This document shows positions 1 through 9,873 of a stretch of 64,000 nt of DNA, in pieces; positions within the stretch are counted from its first letter, which is position 1, and each line of letters starts with the position of its first letter. Where the stretch lies: NCBI GenBank assembly GCA_963751265.1, contig CAVVTU010000003.1, positions 492,156 through 556,155 of the forward strand, written 5' to 3'. The notes under the pieces are model-generated. The model was not told the DNA's origin. It saw nothing but the letters and a program-made list of their open reading frames with translations, and did not search any database. Source of the stretch: an uncultured Gemmatimonadales bacterium. GTDB taxonomy: Bacteria; Gemmatimonadota; Gemmatimonadetes; Longimicrobiales; Gaopeijiaceae. The translations under genes were made by a program, and so were the position numbers.

Positions 1-725
<725 letters not shown>

Positions 726-775
726 CGAGGGCCTCCCGGGCGAGTTCCCCGAAGGGTGGTCGAAAAGACGGACGC

Positions 776-2683
776 TCACTCTACACGGAGTGAACGGAGA
801 CGGTTCAATGCAGCCGCGAGCTCGAAGCGGCGGAACTCGGCCAGATCGCCGGAGTGGCGTGGGTCCAGGGCGTCCAGGCCATCGCGCGCGACGGCCTCCT
901 CGACCGCATCGAGGATCTCCGCGACGCTCCGCACGCCGTCGATGAGATGCGCTGCCGCGTGGGAGAGTGCCAGGCCCACAGACCTCACCTGCGCCCTGGA
1001 GACGAGCTGTTCCACGGCCGCGAGGTCCACCGTCTCCGTGCCGAACAGCAGGGTTCGCGAATCCGGCACCCTGACGTAGACGGCGCGCCGCCCTCGCCCC
1101 GGGTCCACGGACCCGGACACCGGAACACGGGCAGCGGGACTGGACAAGGGCGATCCGGCTTCGGAGGCTCGACCCGTCGGGTGGGCCTCGGCCACCGAAC
1201 GGGCCCGTGCGGTGACGTCGGCAGGCTCGTAGGTGTGCATGGCGAGGACCGTGTCGGCCACGTCCAGGTAGTCGCCGCTCCCACCCAGAACCAGCAGACA
1301 GCTCACGCCCGCCGTCGCGCGTAGCTCACGGATCCGATCGACGAACGGAGTGATCGGCTCGCTCGAACGGGGGACGAGCGCCTGCATGCGGCGATCGCGG
1401 ATCATGAAGTTGGTGGCCGACGTGTCTTCGTCCACGAGAAGGACCTCGGCCCCGGCTTCCAGGGCTTCCACGATACAGGCGGCCTGGCTCGTTGAGCCCG
1501 AGGCGTTGGGCGTGGTGAAGCTCCGGGTGGCCCGACCCAGCGGGAGCCCGTCGATGAACCCGGAGATGTCCACGCCGTTCACCGAGCGACCGTCCTCTGC
1601 GCGAACCTTCACCGTGCAGGCGCGACTCACCACGCGCTCTCGTCCGTCTCCGGGGCGATGGTTGTAGACGCCGGTCTCGATCGCGCTGAGCAGGGTGCTC
1701 TTTCCGTGGAACCCTCCTCCCGCCACGAGCGTGATCCCCTCCGGCACCCCCATTCCCGTGACGGCACCGGAGTTGGGGAGCTCGATGCTCGCGCGCAGCG
1801 ACTCCGGAGATCGGAAGGCCACGACCCCCGGCCCTTCCAGGGGTCGGTCGTCCACGCCACTGCGCCGCGGCAGATGCGCGCCGTCGGCGACGAAGGCCAC
1901 GAGGCCCATCTCGCGCAGCCGGCCGCGCAGGTACTCCGCGTCTTCATTCGTGTCGGCGTGCTGCTCGAGATCCTGCGGATCGTGGGCTCCCGACGCGAGC
2001 GTCGCGCTCACGAGGGCGGGGATGTCGTCGAGGAGCAGCGCGATCGCCTCGCGGGCGACCACGGTCCGGCCGCGAGCCGGGAGGCCCGCGCCGAAGCGGG
2101 CCTCCACCGCGCCGCCCTCCGAGATCAGGAGGGCGGTCTGTGCGAGGACCTCCTGACCCGGCGACTCCATCTCCATGGTCCCGCTTTTGCCCGTTCCGCG
2201 CCTGCGGGAGGCGCTACGAGCACGGCCGGCGAACGACCGGGCGAGACAGGCGGCCGTGCCCAGGGCACGGATCCGGCTGTGGTACGTGGACGGTGGAAGG
2301 CCGGCCTCGGCGTCCGTGAGGATGGCTCTCAGGCGAGTCGGTGCGGCAAAGGGATCGCCTTGGACGTGGTCCACCTGGAGCGTGAAGCCCTCGAACCGCC
2401 ACGGGCCGCGCAACTGCTTGTAGGCCTTGTAGCCCCGTCCGTCGATGCGGAGGAGGGTCCGCTCGAGCTCTTCGGAGTCCCTCGGGCCCTTCACGTGGAA
2501 CCCGGCCCGGGCGGGATGGACGCCGTGCGCGCCGTCCGACACCCGGGCCGGGGTGCTCGCGTCGGCGTCCGAGGGTGCGTCACGGGCATGCGCGCAACCG
2601 CCGGCGGGTCGATTGTGCCCGAGGTGAAGGGATGACCATGCGGATCGGTCGTTCGAGGCGAGGTCGGTCGAGTGCCTCTGCAT
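776..2683 (-). CDS. Predicted ABC-class ATPase domain protein (PF09818-like)
   Basis: 635-aa ORF with [33 protein letters not shown]-loop-like [11 protein letters not shown] and [12 protein letters not shown], recalled from the predicted ABC-class ATPase family. The first ~60 residues are low complexity, so the true start may be an internal GTG near 2494. Confidence 0.7.
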   Translation of the reverse strand: MQRHSTDLASNDRSAWSSLHLGHNRPAGGCAHARDAPSDADASTPARVSDGAHGVHPARAGFHVKGPRDSEELERTLLRIDGRGYKAYKQLRGPWRFEGFTLQVDHVQGDPFAAPTRLRAILTDAEAGLPPSTYHSRIRALGTAACLARSFAGRARSASRRRGTGKSGTMEMESPGQEVLAQTALLISEGGAVEARFGAGLPARGRTVVAREAIALLLDDIPALVSATLASGAHDPQDLEQHADTNEDAEYLRGRLREMGLVAFVADGAHLPRRSGVDDRPLEGPGVVAFRSPESLRASIELPNSGAVTGMGVPEGITLVAGGGFHGKSTLLSAIETGVYNHRPGDGRERVVSRACTVKVRAEDGRSVNGVDISGFIDGLPLGRATRSFTTPNASGSTSQAACIVEALEAGAEVLLVDEDTSATNFMIRDRRMQALVPRSSEPITPFVDRIRELRATAGVSCLLVLGGSGDYLDVADTVLAMHTYEPADVTARARSVAEAHPTGRASEAGSPLSSPAARVPVSGSVDPGRGRRAVYVRVPDSRTLLFGTETVDLAAVEQLVSRAQVRSVGLALSHAAAHLIDGVRSVAEILDAVEEAVARDGLDALDPRHSGDLAEFRRFELAAALNRLRSLRVE

Positions 2684-2838
2684 GATAGGAACGGCCCGTG
2701 CGGCGAGTCCAGCTTCCGCCCATCGCTGCGCTTCCCCGTTTGGCGGCTTAGACTACTTTTCAAGCCGCCGTTCATTGCGGACACCGGTCGGGTTGCTTCC
2801 CGCCGGGGCCGCGAGCCGCCGATAACCAGGAGACCAGC

Positions 2839-3813
2839 GTGGGCGCGATTCGTGACTTCATGGACCGGAACTACCTCCACTTCAATGCCCGGGAGACCGT
2901 GTGGGCAGCCCGGGCGTACGAAGAGCACGTCGAGCGGGGGGGCAAGATGCTTCTGGCCATGGCGGGCGCGATGTCCACCGGAGAGCTCGGCATCGGCCTC
3001 GCCCGGATGATCCGGGAGGGGAAGGTCCACGCGATTTCGTGCACGGGTGCCAACCTCGAGGAGGACGTGTTCAATCTGCTCGCCCACGACGAGTACGAGA
3101 TCATCCCGTCGTGGCGGGAGCTCTCCCCCGAAGACGAGCAGGCGCTCTACGACCGCGGGATGAACCGGGTCACGGACACGTGCATTCCGGAGACGATCAT
3201 GCGCCACCTGGAGAAGCGGCTCGTCTCGGCCTGGAAGAAGGCCGGGGAGGAGGGTGTACGAAAGAGCCCGGCCGAGTTCCTGTTCGAGGTGCTCGACGAT
3301 CCGACCCTGGCTCAGCACTACCAGATCGATCCGGCCCACTCCTGGATGCTCGCGGCCAAGGAGACGGGTATCCCCGTATTCGCGCCGGGCTGGGAGGACT
3401 CGACCACCGGCAACATCTTCGCCGCGAACGTGATGCTGGGGAACGTGCCTCACCACCAGTGCGTGAAGACCGGGACCGAGCAGTTCCAGGCGCTCATCGA
3501 GTGGTACCTGGCCAACCACGGAGACGGGAAGGTCCCCTCCGTCGGCTTCTTCCAGATCGGAGGAGGGATCGCCGGCGACTTCTCGATCTGCACGGTTCCC
3601 TGCATCATCCAGGACCTCCAGCGAGACGTGCCGTTCTGGGGCTACTTCGCGCAGATCACGGACGCCCAGCCTTCCTATGGAGGGTACTCCGGCGCGCCGG
3701 CCAACGAGAAGATCACGTGGGGCAAGCTCGAGGCGGGCACCCCGCGGTTCAACATCAACTCGGACGCCATGATCGTCGCGCCGCTGATCTTCGCGTACGT
3801 GCTCGGAGACTGA
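2839..3813 (+). CDS. Deoxyhypusine synthase family protein (bacterial DHS/homospermidine-synthase-like)
   Basis: 324 aa with a GTG start 6 nt after AGGAG. LLAMAGAMSTGELG, HAISCTGANLEEDVF and ITWGKL-type C-terminus are typical of the DHS family. Confidence 0.8.
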   Translation: MGAIRDFMDRNYLHFNARETVWAARAYEEHVERGGKMLLAMAGAMSTGELGIGLARMIREGKVHAISCTGANLEEDVFNLLAHDEYEIIPSWRELSPEDEQALYDRGMNRVTDTCIPETIMRHLEKRLVSAWKKAGEEGVRKSPAEFLFEVLDDPTLAQHYQIDPAHSWMLAAKETGIPVFAPGWEDSTTGNIFAANVMLGNVPHHQCVKTGTEQFQALIEWYLANHGDGKVPSVGFFQIGGGIAGDFSICTVPCIIQDLQRDVPFWGYFAQITDAQPSYGGYSGAPANEKITWGKLEAGTPRFNINSDAMIVAPLIFAYVLGD

Positions 3814-3871
3814 CGAGCGCCGCTGACATCGGCCGGGACTTCGTTGGGCCTCCACCCGGGCCTCCGATCCC

Positions 3872-5929
3872 CTACATGACGCGTCCCTGAGCCTCGATGA
3901 TCGGTTCGAGGGCGGCGCGGAGGTTGTGGAGATCGTCGGGAGAGAGCGCCTGCTCCGCGTCGCACAGCGCCTCCTCGGGATGGGGATGCGCCTCGACGAT
4001 GAGCCCGTCCGCACCGACCGCCGCCGCGGCCAGCGCGAGCGGAGTGACCAGCGCGCGTCGCCCCGCTGCGTGCGAGGGGTCGACGATGACGGGCAGGTGC
4101 GTCTGCTCCTTGAGCACGGGAACCGACGAGACGTCCAGGGTGCTGCGGGTGGCGGTCTCGAACGTGCGGATACCCCGCTCGCAAAGGACCACCTGGTGGT
4201 TGCCCCCGGCCAGGACGTACTCGGCGGCCTGCAGGAGCTCCTTGACCGTTGCGCTCATGCCCCGCTTGAGCAGGACCGGTTGGCGCAGCCGTCCGAGTGC
4301 CTTGAGGAGCTCGAAGTTCTGCATGTTGCGAGCGCCCACCTGGAACATGTCGGCGGATTCGGCCACGGCATCGATGTCCTCGACCCTGAGGATCTCCGTG
4401 ACCACCGGGATCCCGACCATGTGTCCGGCTTCGGCCAACAGACGCAGACCTTCCACGCCGAGGCCCTGGAAGCTGTAGGGCGAGGTGCGAGGCTTGAACG
4501 CCCCGCCCCGCATCACCTGAGCGCCGACGCTCGCCACCAACTCGGCGGACTCCATGATCTGCTGGCGGCTCTCGACGGCGCATGGGCCGGCGATCAGGGT
4601 GAAGCGCTTCCCGCCGATCTCCGCGGGGCCGACTCTCACGATCGAGCGTCGCCCGCTCTCCGGCAGGCTCGCGAGGTTCCGGTCCTTCGCGGTGGCGACC
4701 TTCACCGGCGGCGCCTCGTCCTCGACGTCGCACACCGGGCCGGCCGGGGCTTCCTCGACCACCTGCCTGGGTCGAAGGGCCGGCATGGGCTCGCCGCCCG
4801 TCCGGCACGGGTAGCAGCCGAGCACCCGCAGGCTGCCGGTGTACTCCCGGATCTCGTCCAGCGCCGACTTCATGCGGTCGTCGTCGACGTTGCCCTCGAC
4901 GTCCACGTAGAAGAGGTATTCCCACGGCCGCTCCGGCAGAGGACGGCTTTCCAGCTTGGTCAGGTTGAGATCGTGGCGCGCGAACGCCTGCAGGCAGTCG
5001 GCCAGCGCTCCGTGACGGTGGTTGACCGAAAGGATCAGCGAGGTCTTCGCCGGCAGCCTCCGGTCGACGTGCTCGGCCGTGCGCGACAGCAGCACGAAGC
5101 GCATGGTGTTCTGTCGGTGGTCCGAGATGTTGTGTTCGAGGATGTGCAGCCCGTTGCGGGAAGCGGCGTCCGGTGAGCAGATGACCCCGATGCCCGCATC
5201 CCCCGCCTCGTCGACGGACGTGGCCGCGGCGGCCGGATCGTACCACCCCTCCGACTTCACGCCCACCAGCGTGCGCAGGAAGCGGGAGCACTGCTGCAGG
5301 GAGGTCGGGTCGGAGCGCACCGAGAGGAGCTTCTCGGCGGTAGCGCCGGGAAGGCCGGCGAGGCAGTGCTCCACCGGCGTCACCTCCTCGTCGACCAGGT
5401 AGACGTCCCGGCGGGCAAGCTCGTGGTACACCTCGTGGATGCTTCCCACCAGCGTGTTCTCGATGGGCAGGAGCAAGTAGTCGATCTCTCCGGACTCCAA
5501 CGCATCCAGCGCGCCCGCGAACGTCTCGAAGCTCGCCTTCTCCACGGGCGCGTCGGTGCGCGAGGGGATCAGCCGGTCGAGCGTGAGGTCGGATGTGGAG
5601 GCAGGCGCGCCCTGATAGCCGACCCGCACACCGGTCGCGCGAGCGGAAGACGTGGGCCGGAGATGACGCTCCTGATCGCGGCGCGAATGGGCCAGTATCT
5701 CGCGCAGGACCCGACCGAGAAAGAGGCTCGACAGTCCCACCCTCGTACCTTCGGAAGTCCAGAACTCGAAAAGCTCATGCTCGCGCTTCGGGTCGTGAAG
5801 AGGGGCGTCATGGTTCTGACCCTTGTAGGCTCCGATGTCACGTACGGCGGCCATGCGGCGTCCCAGGAGCTCCACGAGCTCCCGGTCGATCTGGTCGATG
5901 GTGGAGCGGCGGTCTTTCAACGCGTCCAT
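3872..5929 (-). CDS. Trifunctional fusion: chorismate mutase + prephenate dehydratase (with ACT domain) + type I-beta 3-deoxy-7-phosphoheptulonate (DAHP) synthase
   Basis: 685 aa. The N-terminus [26 protein letters not shown] is AroQ chorismate mutase. The middle [12 protein letters not shown]...[20 protein letters not shown] is PDT plus ACT. The C-terminus [12 protein letters not shown]...[16 protein letters not shown]...[15 protein letters not shown]...[10 protein letters not shown] is KDO8PS-like DAHPS. Confidence 0.85.
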   Translation of the reverse strand: MDALKDRRSTIDQIDRELVELLGRRMAAVRDIGAYKGQNHDAPLHDPKREHELFEFWTSEGTRVGLSSLFLGRVLREILAHSRRDQERHLRPTSSARATGVRVGYQGAPASTSDLTLDRLIPSRTDAPVEKASFETFAGALDALESGEIDYLLLPIENTLVGSIHEVYHELARRDVYLVDEEVTPVEHCLAGLPGATAEKLLSVRSDPTSLQQCSRFLRTLVGVKSEGWYDPAAAATSVDEAGDAGIGVICSPDAASRNGLHILEHNISDHRQNTMRFVLLSRTAEHVDRRLPAKTSLILSVNHRHGALADCLQAFARHDLNLTKLESRPLPERPWEYLFYVDVEGNVDDDRMKSALDEIREYTGSLRVLGCYPCRTGGEPMPALRPRQVVEEAPAGPVCDVEDEAPPVKVATAKDRNLASLPESGRRSIVRVGPAEIGGKRFTLIAGPCAVESRQQIMESAELVASVGAQVMRGGAFKPRTSPYSFQGLGVEGLRLLAEAGHMVGIPVVTEILRVEDIDAVAESADMFQVGARNMQNFELLKALGRLRQPVLLKRGMSATVKELLQAAEYVLAGGNHQVVLCERGIRTFETATRSTLDVSSVPVLKEQTHLPVIVDPSHAAGRRALVTPLALAAAAVGADGLIVEAHPHPEEALCDAEQALSPDDLHNLRAALEPIIEAQGRVM

Positions 5930-5957
5930 GAATGTCCGACCTCGTCCGGTGCAGAAG

Positions 5958-6000
5958 GAAAAAAAGAAGGGGCCCCGCCGATTCGAATCGGCGGGGCCCC
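5958..6000 (-). terminator. Intrinsic terminator (attenuator terminator) between the leader ORF and the fusion gene
   Basis: On the minus strand there is a perfect 32-nt palindrome, GGGGCCCCGCCGAU-UCGA-AUCGGCGGGGCCCC (6000->5969). It is followed by UUCUUUUUUU (5968->5959), about 29 nt upstream of the ATG at 5929. Confidence 0.8.
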
Positions 6001-6020
6001 GTGCTCGGTCGCTCGGTCTT

Positions 6021-6107
6021 CTACGAGCGCACGCTCACCCCGCCGCCTCGAAAGGCGCCGTAAAAGGCGAAAAAGCCGAAAAACGGGGTGCGCGCGTGTA
6101 CGTTCAT
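6021..6107 (-). CDS. Candidate Phe-rich leader peptide (28 aa) [28 protein letters not shown]
   Basis: ATG at 6107 and TAG at 6023-6021. There are 6 Phe + 1 Tyr within 11 residues, and four of the Phe codons are TTT. It lies directly upstream of the terminator and an aromatic amino-acid biosynthesis gene. In the ORF track it appears as the tail of the shadow ORF 6021..7034. Confidence 0.6.
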   Translation of the reverse strand: MNVHARTPFFGFFAFYGAFRGGGVSVRS

Positions 6108-6117
6108 AGGTTCGACC

Positions 6118-6146
6118 AAGATCGAACCCGGAGGAGCAACCGTCAA
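6118..6146 (-). promoter_or_regulatory. Tentative sigma70-like promoter for the leader transcript
   Basis: The minus strand reads TTGACG (6146-6141), 17 nt, GATCTT (6123-6118). This would give a very short 5' UTR before the leader ATG, which lacks a clear SD. Weak -10; tentative only. Confidence 0.25.
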
Positions 6147-6242
6147 CCGGGACGGGCGGCGGACCTGGTGTGCCTCCGGGCCGGAGGACCATGTTCGGAG
6201 ACGGCGACCGCCACGCGGCACCGAAACCTCTAGGAGCGCTCG

Positions 6243-6752
6243 ATGAAAGCCCGTACCTTCTGGCCCCTGCTCCTGTTCGTCCTGTCGGCGGACTTCGTCT
6301 CGAAGCGTCTGGCGGTGTCCCATCTGCCGCTGGGCGTACCGCCACGGCCCGTCCTGGGTGACTTCCTGCGGCTCACCCTGTCGTACAATCGAGGGGCCGC
6401 CATGGGCCTTCCGCTCGGCTCGCATGTGTCGGGCGTCCTCGGCCTCCTGGGCATCGGAGCCGCGGTCTTCCTCTTCGTCTGGTACCTCGGGGCCGGATCC
6501 GACCGCCGGCTTCTCGGCGCCACGCTCGGTCTTCTCACGGGCGGGGCACTCGGCAACGCCTGGCAGCGGCTCCTGTCCCCACGAGGCGTGGTCGACTTCA
6601 TCGACGTCGGCGTGGGGACCCATCGTTTCTGGACCTTCAACGTGGCCGATTCGGCGCTCACCGTCGGAGTGTTGCTCCTGCTTCTGGTCTTCCATCGGGA
6701 GGACCAGGAGGACGAGGCCGAGAGGTCCGCCCCCCCGGGGGAGGGGCGATGA
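6243..6752 (+). CDS. lspA: Signal peptidase II (lipoprotein signal peptidase)
   Basis: 169 aa and multi-TM. It carries the conserved LSYNRGAAMG and FNVADSALTVG motifs of LspA. Confidence 0.85.
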   Translation: MKARTFWPLLLFVLSADFVSKRLAVSHLPLGVPPRPVLGDFLRLTLSYNRGAAMGLPLGSHVSGVLGLLGIGAAVFLFVWYLGAGSDRRLLGATLGLLTGGALGNAWQRLLSPRGVVDFIDVGVGTHRFWTFNVADSALTVGVLLLLLVFHREDQEDEAERSAPPGEGR

Positions 6753-6774
6753 CCACGGCGCACGGCCCGGACGT

Positions 6775-9276
6775 CTACTCGTACCTGAGCGCGTGCATGG
6801 GATCGACCTTGGACGCGCGTAGCGCCGGCAGGTAGCCGGCACCGAAGCCCACCGCCGCCAGCACGACCGCCACCACCGCCACGACCACCGGATCCTGGCC
6901 CTGCAGTTCGTAGAGGAGCGAGCGGGCCGCGCGACCCAGCAGAAGGGCGCCGCCCAGGCCGACCACGCCACCGACCAGCAGCATCCAGGCGACCTGCTTG
7001 AGGACCATCTTGCGAACGCGGCCGGCTCCCGCACCGAGCGCCATGCGTACCCCGATCTCCCGGGTGCGTTGGGCCACTGTGTAGGAGAGGACGCCGTAGA
7101 GGCCGACGGCGGCGAGCAGGGTGGCGAGCACGGCGAACGATGCCGACAGGGTGCTGATGAAGCGGTCCATGAAGACGCTCTCCTTCGCCTGGTCGGCCAA
7201 CGTCTTCAGCTCCTCGACGGGCAGGCTGGCATCGATCTGCTTCATCAGGACCGGCACCGCGCGAACCACCTCGGCCGGGTCCGCCGACGTGCGGACGTAG
7301 AACGCGATCTGGCCGAGATGGTCGTCCTGCCGGAACGGCACCACGAACTGGGGTGGCACGACCTGCTTCACGTCCGAGTACTTGGCATCCTGGACGACGC
7401 CCACGATCTCGATGTCGCGCTCGCTGGCGCGCCCACCCGTGCCCATGTGCTTGCCCACCGCGTTCTGGCGGTCGAGCCCGAACTTCTTGGCGAACGCCTC
7501 GTTGATGATCGCGACCTTCGGTGCTTTGCCGTCGTCCGCCTTCGTGAACTCCCTGCCGGCCAACAAGGGAATGCCCAGAGTGCGGAAGTAGTCGGCCCCG
7601 ACTTCGTTGTAGCGCGCGCCCGAGTCGATGTCCGGACCCGACTCGAACCCCTCCACGCTCACGTCGTTGCCCCAGCTGTTGCCGGCCAGCACGGGCACCA
7701 TCGCCTCGGTCACCCCGGTCACGCCCGGGATGGCGGCGAGCCGCTGCTCGACCTGCTCGAAGAGCGCACGGCTGCGTTCCGGCTCGTAGCCGTTGAGCGC
7801 CGGTGAGACCTGGAACGTCACCACGCCGTCGGGATTCAGTCCGAGGTCGACGCGACTCACGTTCACCAGGCTCTTGATGAAGAGACCCGCGGCGACGAGG
7901 AGCGCCATCGACAGGGCGATCTGGGCGGTGACGAGAGAGGTCCTGAAGCGTGCGGCGGCGCGGGCACCGGAAGGCTGGCCCGACGCGGACTTGAGGATCG
8001 TGACCAGGTCGGGCCTCGTGCTGTGCAGGGCGGGGTAGAGTCCGAAGACCAGCCCGGTGCCGAGCGCGAGTCCGCCCGCGAAGAGCATCACCGCCGGACT
8101 GAGGTGGACCGCGATCGTCGCGGCGGGCTCGGCGGGGAGCATCGACACGATGACGGCAAGCGTCCACCGCGCCACGACCAGGCTCACCACGCCCCCCACC
8201 AACGCGAGGATGCAGGATTCCAGGAGAAGCTGTCCCAGCAGCTGCGACCGGCTGGCACCAAGGGATCCCCGGATGGCCATCTCCTGTCCCCGGGCAGCGC
8301 CTCGTGCCAGCAGCAGATTGGCGATGTTGGCGCACGCGATGAGGAGCACGAGCCCGGTGATCGAGAAGAGGAGGATGAGCGGTGTACGTGCCTCACGGTG
8401 CACCGAGCTTTGCCCCAGCTTGCCGGGCTCGACGGTGATCGCCTTGGAGCGGAAGCGCGCCAGGGTCTGATCACTCATGCCGTCCTGGAGCGGCGCCTCG
8501 ACGTCGTTGACGATGCCGTGATAGACCGTGTTGATCTCGGAACGTGCCTGCTCGAGCGACACGCCCGGCTTCAGCCGGGCGAAGAGGTAGGCCCAGTAAC
8601 TGCGTCGATTCTCGAATCCGCTCCAGGTGGGCACCATTGCCTGGCGCATCGAAATCGGCACGAAGACGTCCGTCTTGACGCCCAGCGTGGTGCCCTCGAA
8701 TCCCCGCGGCGCCACGCCCACGATCGTCATCGACCTTCCGTTGACGGTCATCGTCTGATTGAGGACGTTCGGATCGCCTCCGAGACGGTTGGTCCAGTAG
8801 TTGTAGCTGAGCACGACCACGAAATTCTGGCCGACGACCTGATCGTCGGCAGGACCCAGCAGCCTTCCCAGGGCCGGTTGGAGCCCCAGGACCGGGAAAT
8901 ACGAGCCGGACACGAGCATCCCCTGGCCGCTCGTGGTCTGCTCGGTGCTCGAGAGGTTCACGGAGAAGACTCTGTGTGCGGCTATACCACTGAACGGACC
9001 GCTGGCCTTTTGCAGGTCGCGAAACATCGGGTAGCTGAACACCACGTCGCAGTTTCCGGCCATGTTGCAGGACTGCGAGCCGGGCTTCGGGCCGGGTGCG
9101 GAGAGGTTTACCAGCTGCGCCGGAGCCTGGACCGGAAGGGGGCGCAGGAGCATCTGGTCGAAGAGCGAGAAGATCGCCGCGTTCGCGCCGATGCCGAGCG
9201 CCAGCGAGAGAACCGCGACCGCGGTCACGAACGGGGTCTTCGCGAGCGTACGCAGCGCGTGCCTCAAACCTCTCAT
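6775..9276 (-). CDS. ADOP-family duplicated FtsX/MacB-type ABC permease (copy 1)
   Basis: 833 aa. The N-terminus MRGLRHALRTLAKTPFVTAVAVLSLALGIGANAAIFS is characteristic. It has two MacB_PCD + FtsX repeats and ends ...ALRASKVDPMHALRYE. There is no adjacent ATPase or PadR. Confidence 0.85.
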   Translation of the reverse strand: MRGLRHALRTLAKTPFVTAVAVLSLALGIGANAAIFSLFDQMLLRPLPVQAPAQLVNLSAPGPKPGSQSCNMAGNCDVVFSYPMFRDLQKASGPFSGIAAHRVFSVNLSSTEQTTSGQGMLVSGSYFPVLGLQPALGRLLGPADDQVVGQNFVVVLSYNYWTNRLGGDPNVLNQTMTVNGRSMTIVGVAPRGFEGTTLGVKTDVFVPISMRQAMVPTWSGFENRRSYWAYLFARLKPGVSLEQARSEINTVYHGIVNDVEAPLQDGMSDQTLARFRSKAITVEPGKLGQSSVHREARTPLILLFSITGLVLLIACANIANLLLARGAARGQEMAIRGSLGASRSQLLGQLLLESCILALVGGVVSLVVARWTLAVIVSMLPAEPAATIAVHLSPAVMLFAGGLALGTGLVFGLYPALHSTRPDLVTILKSASGQPSGARAAARFRTSLVTAQIALSMALLVAAGLFIKSLVNVSRVDLGLNPDGVVTFQVSPALNGYEPERSRALFEQVEQRLAAIPGVTGVTEAMVPVLAGNSWGNDVSVEGFESGPDIDSGARYNEVGADYFRTLGIPLLAGREFTKADDGKAPKVAIINEAFAKKFGLDRQNAVGKHMGTGGRASERDIEIVGVVQDAKYSDVKQVVPPQFVVPFRQDDHLGQIAFYVRTSADPAEVVRAVPVLMKQIDASLPVEELKTLADQAKESVFMDRFISTLSASFAVLATLLAAVGLYGVLSYTVAQRTREIGVRMALGAGAGRVRKMVLKQVAWMLLVGGVVGLGGALLLGRAARSLLYELQGQDPVVVAVVAVVLAAVGFGAGYLPALRASKVDPMHALRYE

Positions 9277-9405
9277 GCCTCTGCCTCCTCGTGGTCCTTC
9301 GCGGGCAGCCCGAGAGCGGGGGGCGCCCCCCGGGCGGCTGCCGTATACTGTCTAGACGGAAAGACCTGCCCGTAGGTTGCAGCGGTACCGATAGGAGGGT
9401 TTCCC

Positions 9406-9873
9406 ATGGCCCCGATTCCAGCGCCCATCGCCGAGTTCCTGGCCGGTGAACGGCTTGCCGTGGCCGGCGTCTCCCGGAGTGGCCGGCTCCCCGCGAACGC
9501 GATCTTCCGGCGGCTTCGCGAGGTCGGCTACAGAGTGTCGCCCATCAACCCCACGACCGACGAGGTGGAGGGAGTCACCTGCTACCCGGACGTAGCGTCG
9601 CTTCCCGATGTCCCCGATGGAGTCGTCATCGCTACGCACCCCGATGTCGCTGCGGGCGTGGTCGAGCAGTGCGCGGAGCGTGGGGTTCGGCGGATCTGGT
9701 TCCATCGTTCGTTCGGAGACGGAAGCGTATCGGAAGAAGCCGTCCAAGCGTGTGAGCGGCTCGGCCTCGACCCCATCGTCGGCGGCTGCCCGATGATGTT
9801 CTGCGGGAAGGTGGACGTAGTCCACCGGTGCATGCGGTGGTGGCTGCAGCGCACGGGGCGGGTGCCTCGATGA
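9406..9873 (+). CDS. CoA-binding domain protein
   Basis: 155 aa. RLAVAGVSRSGRLPANAIFRRLREVGYRVSPINP...CYPDVASLP is typical of the small CoA-binding (PF13380-like) family. Confidence 0.7.
   Translation: MAPIPAPIAEFLAGERLAVAGVSRSGRLPANAIFRRLREVGYRVSPINPTTDEVEGVTCYPDVASLPDVPDGVVIATHPDVAAGVVEQCAERGVRRIWFHRSFGDGSVSEEAVQACERLGLDPIVGGCPMMFCGKVDVVHRCMRWWLQRTGRVPR

Noticed and set aside
6108-6242. Considered whether the lspA / pheA-fusion intergenic region encodes a structured RNA such as SRP RNA or 6S RNA. An ACCAGGUCCG-like string occurs on the minus strand.
   Set aside because: There is no match to the conserved SRP domain IV or to the 6S architecture that I could build by eye. The region is better explained as promoter plus leader of the attenuator.
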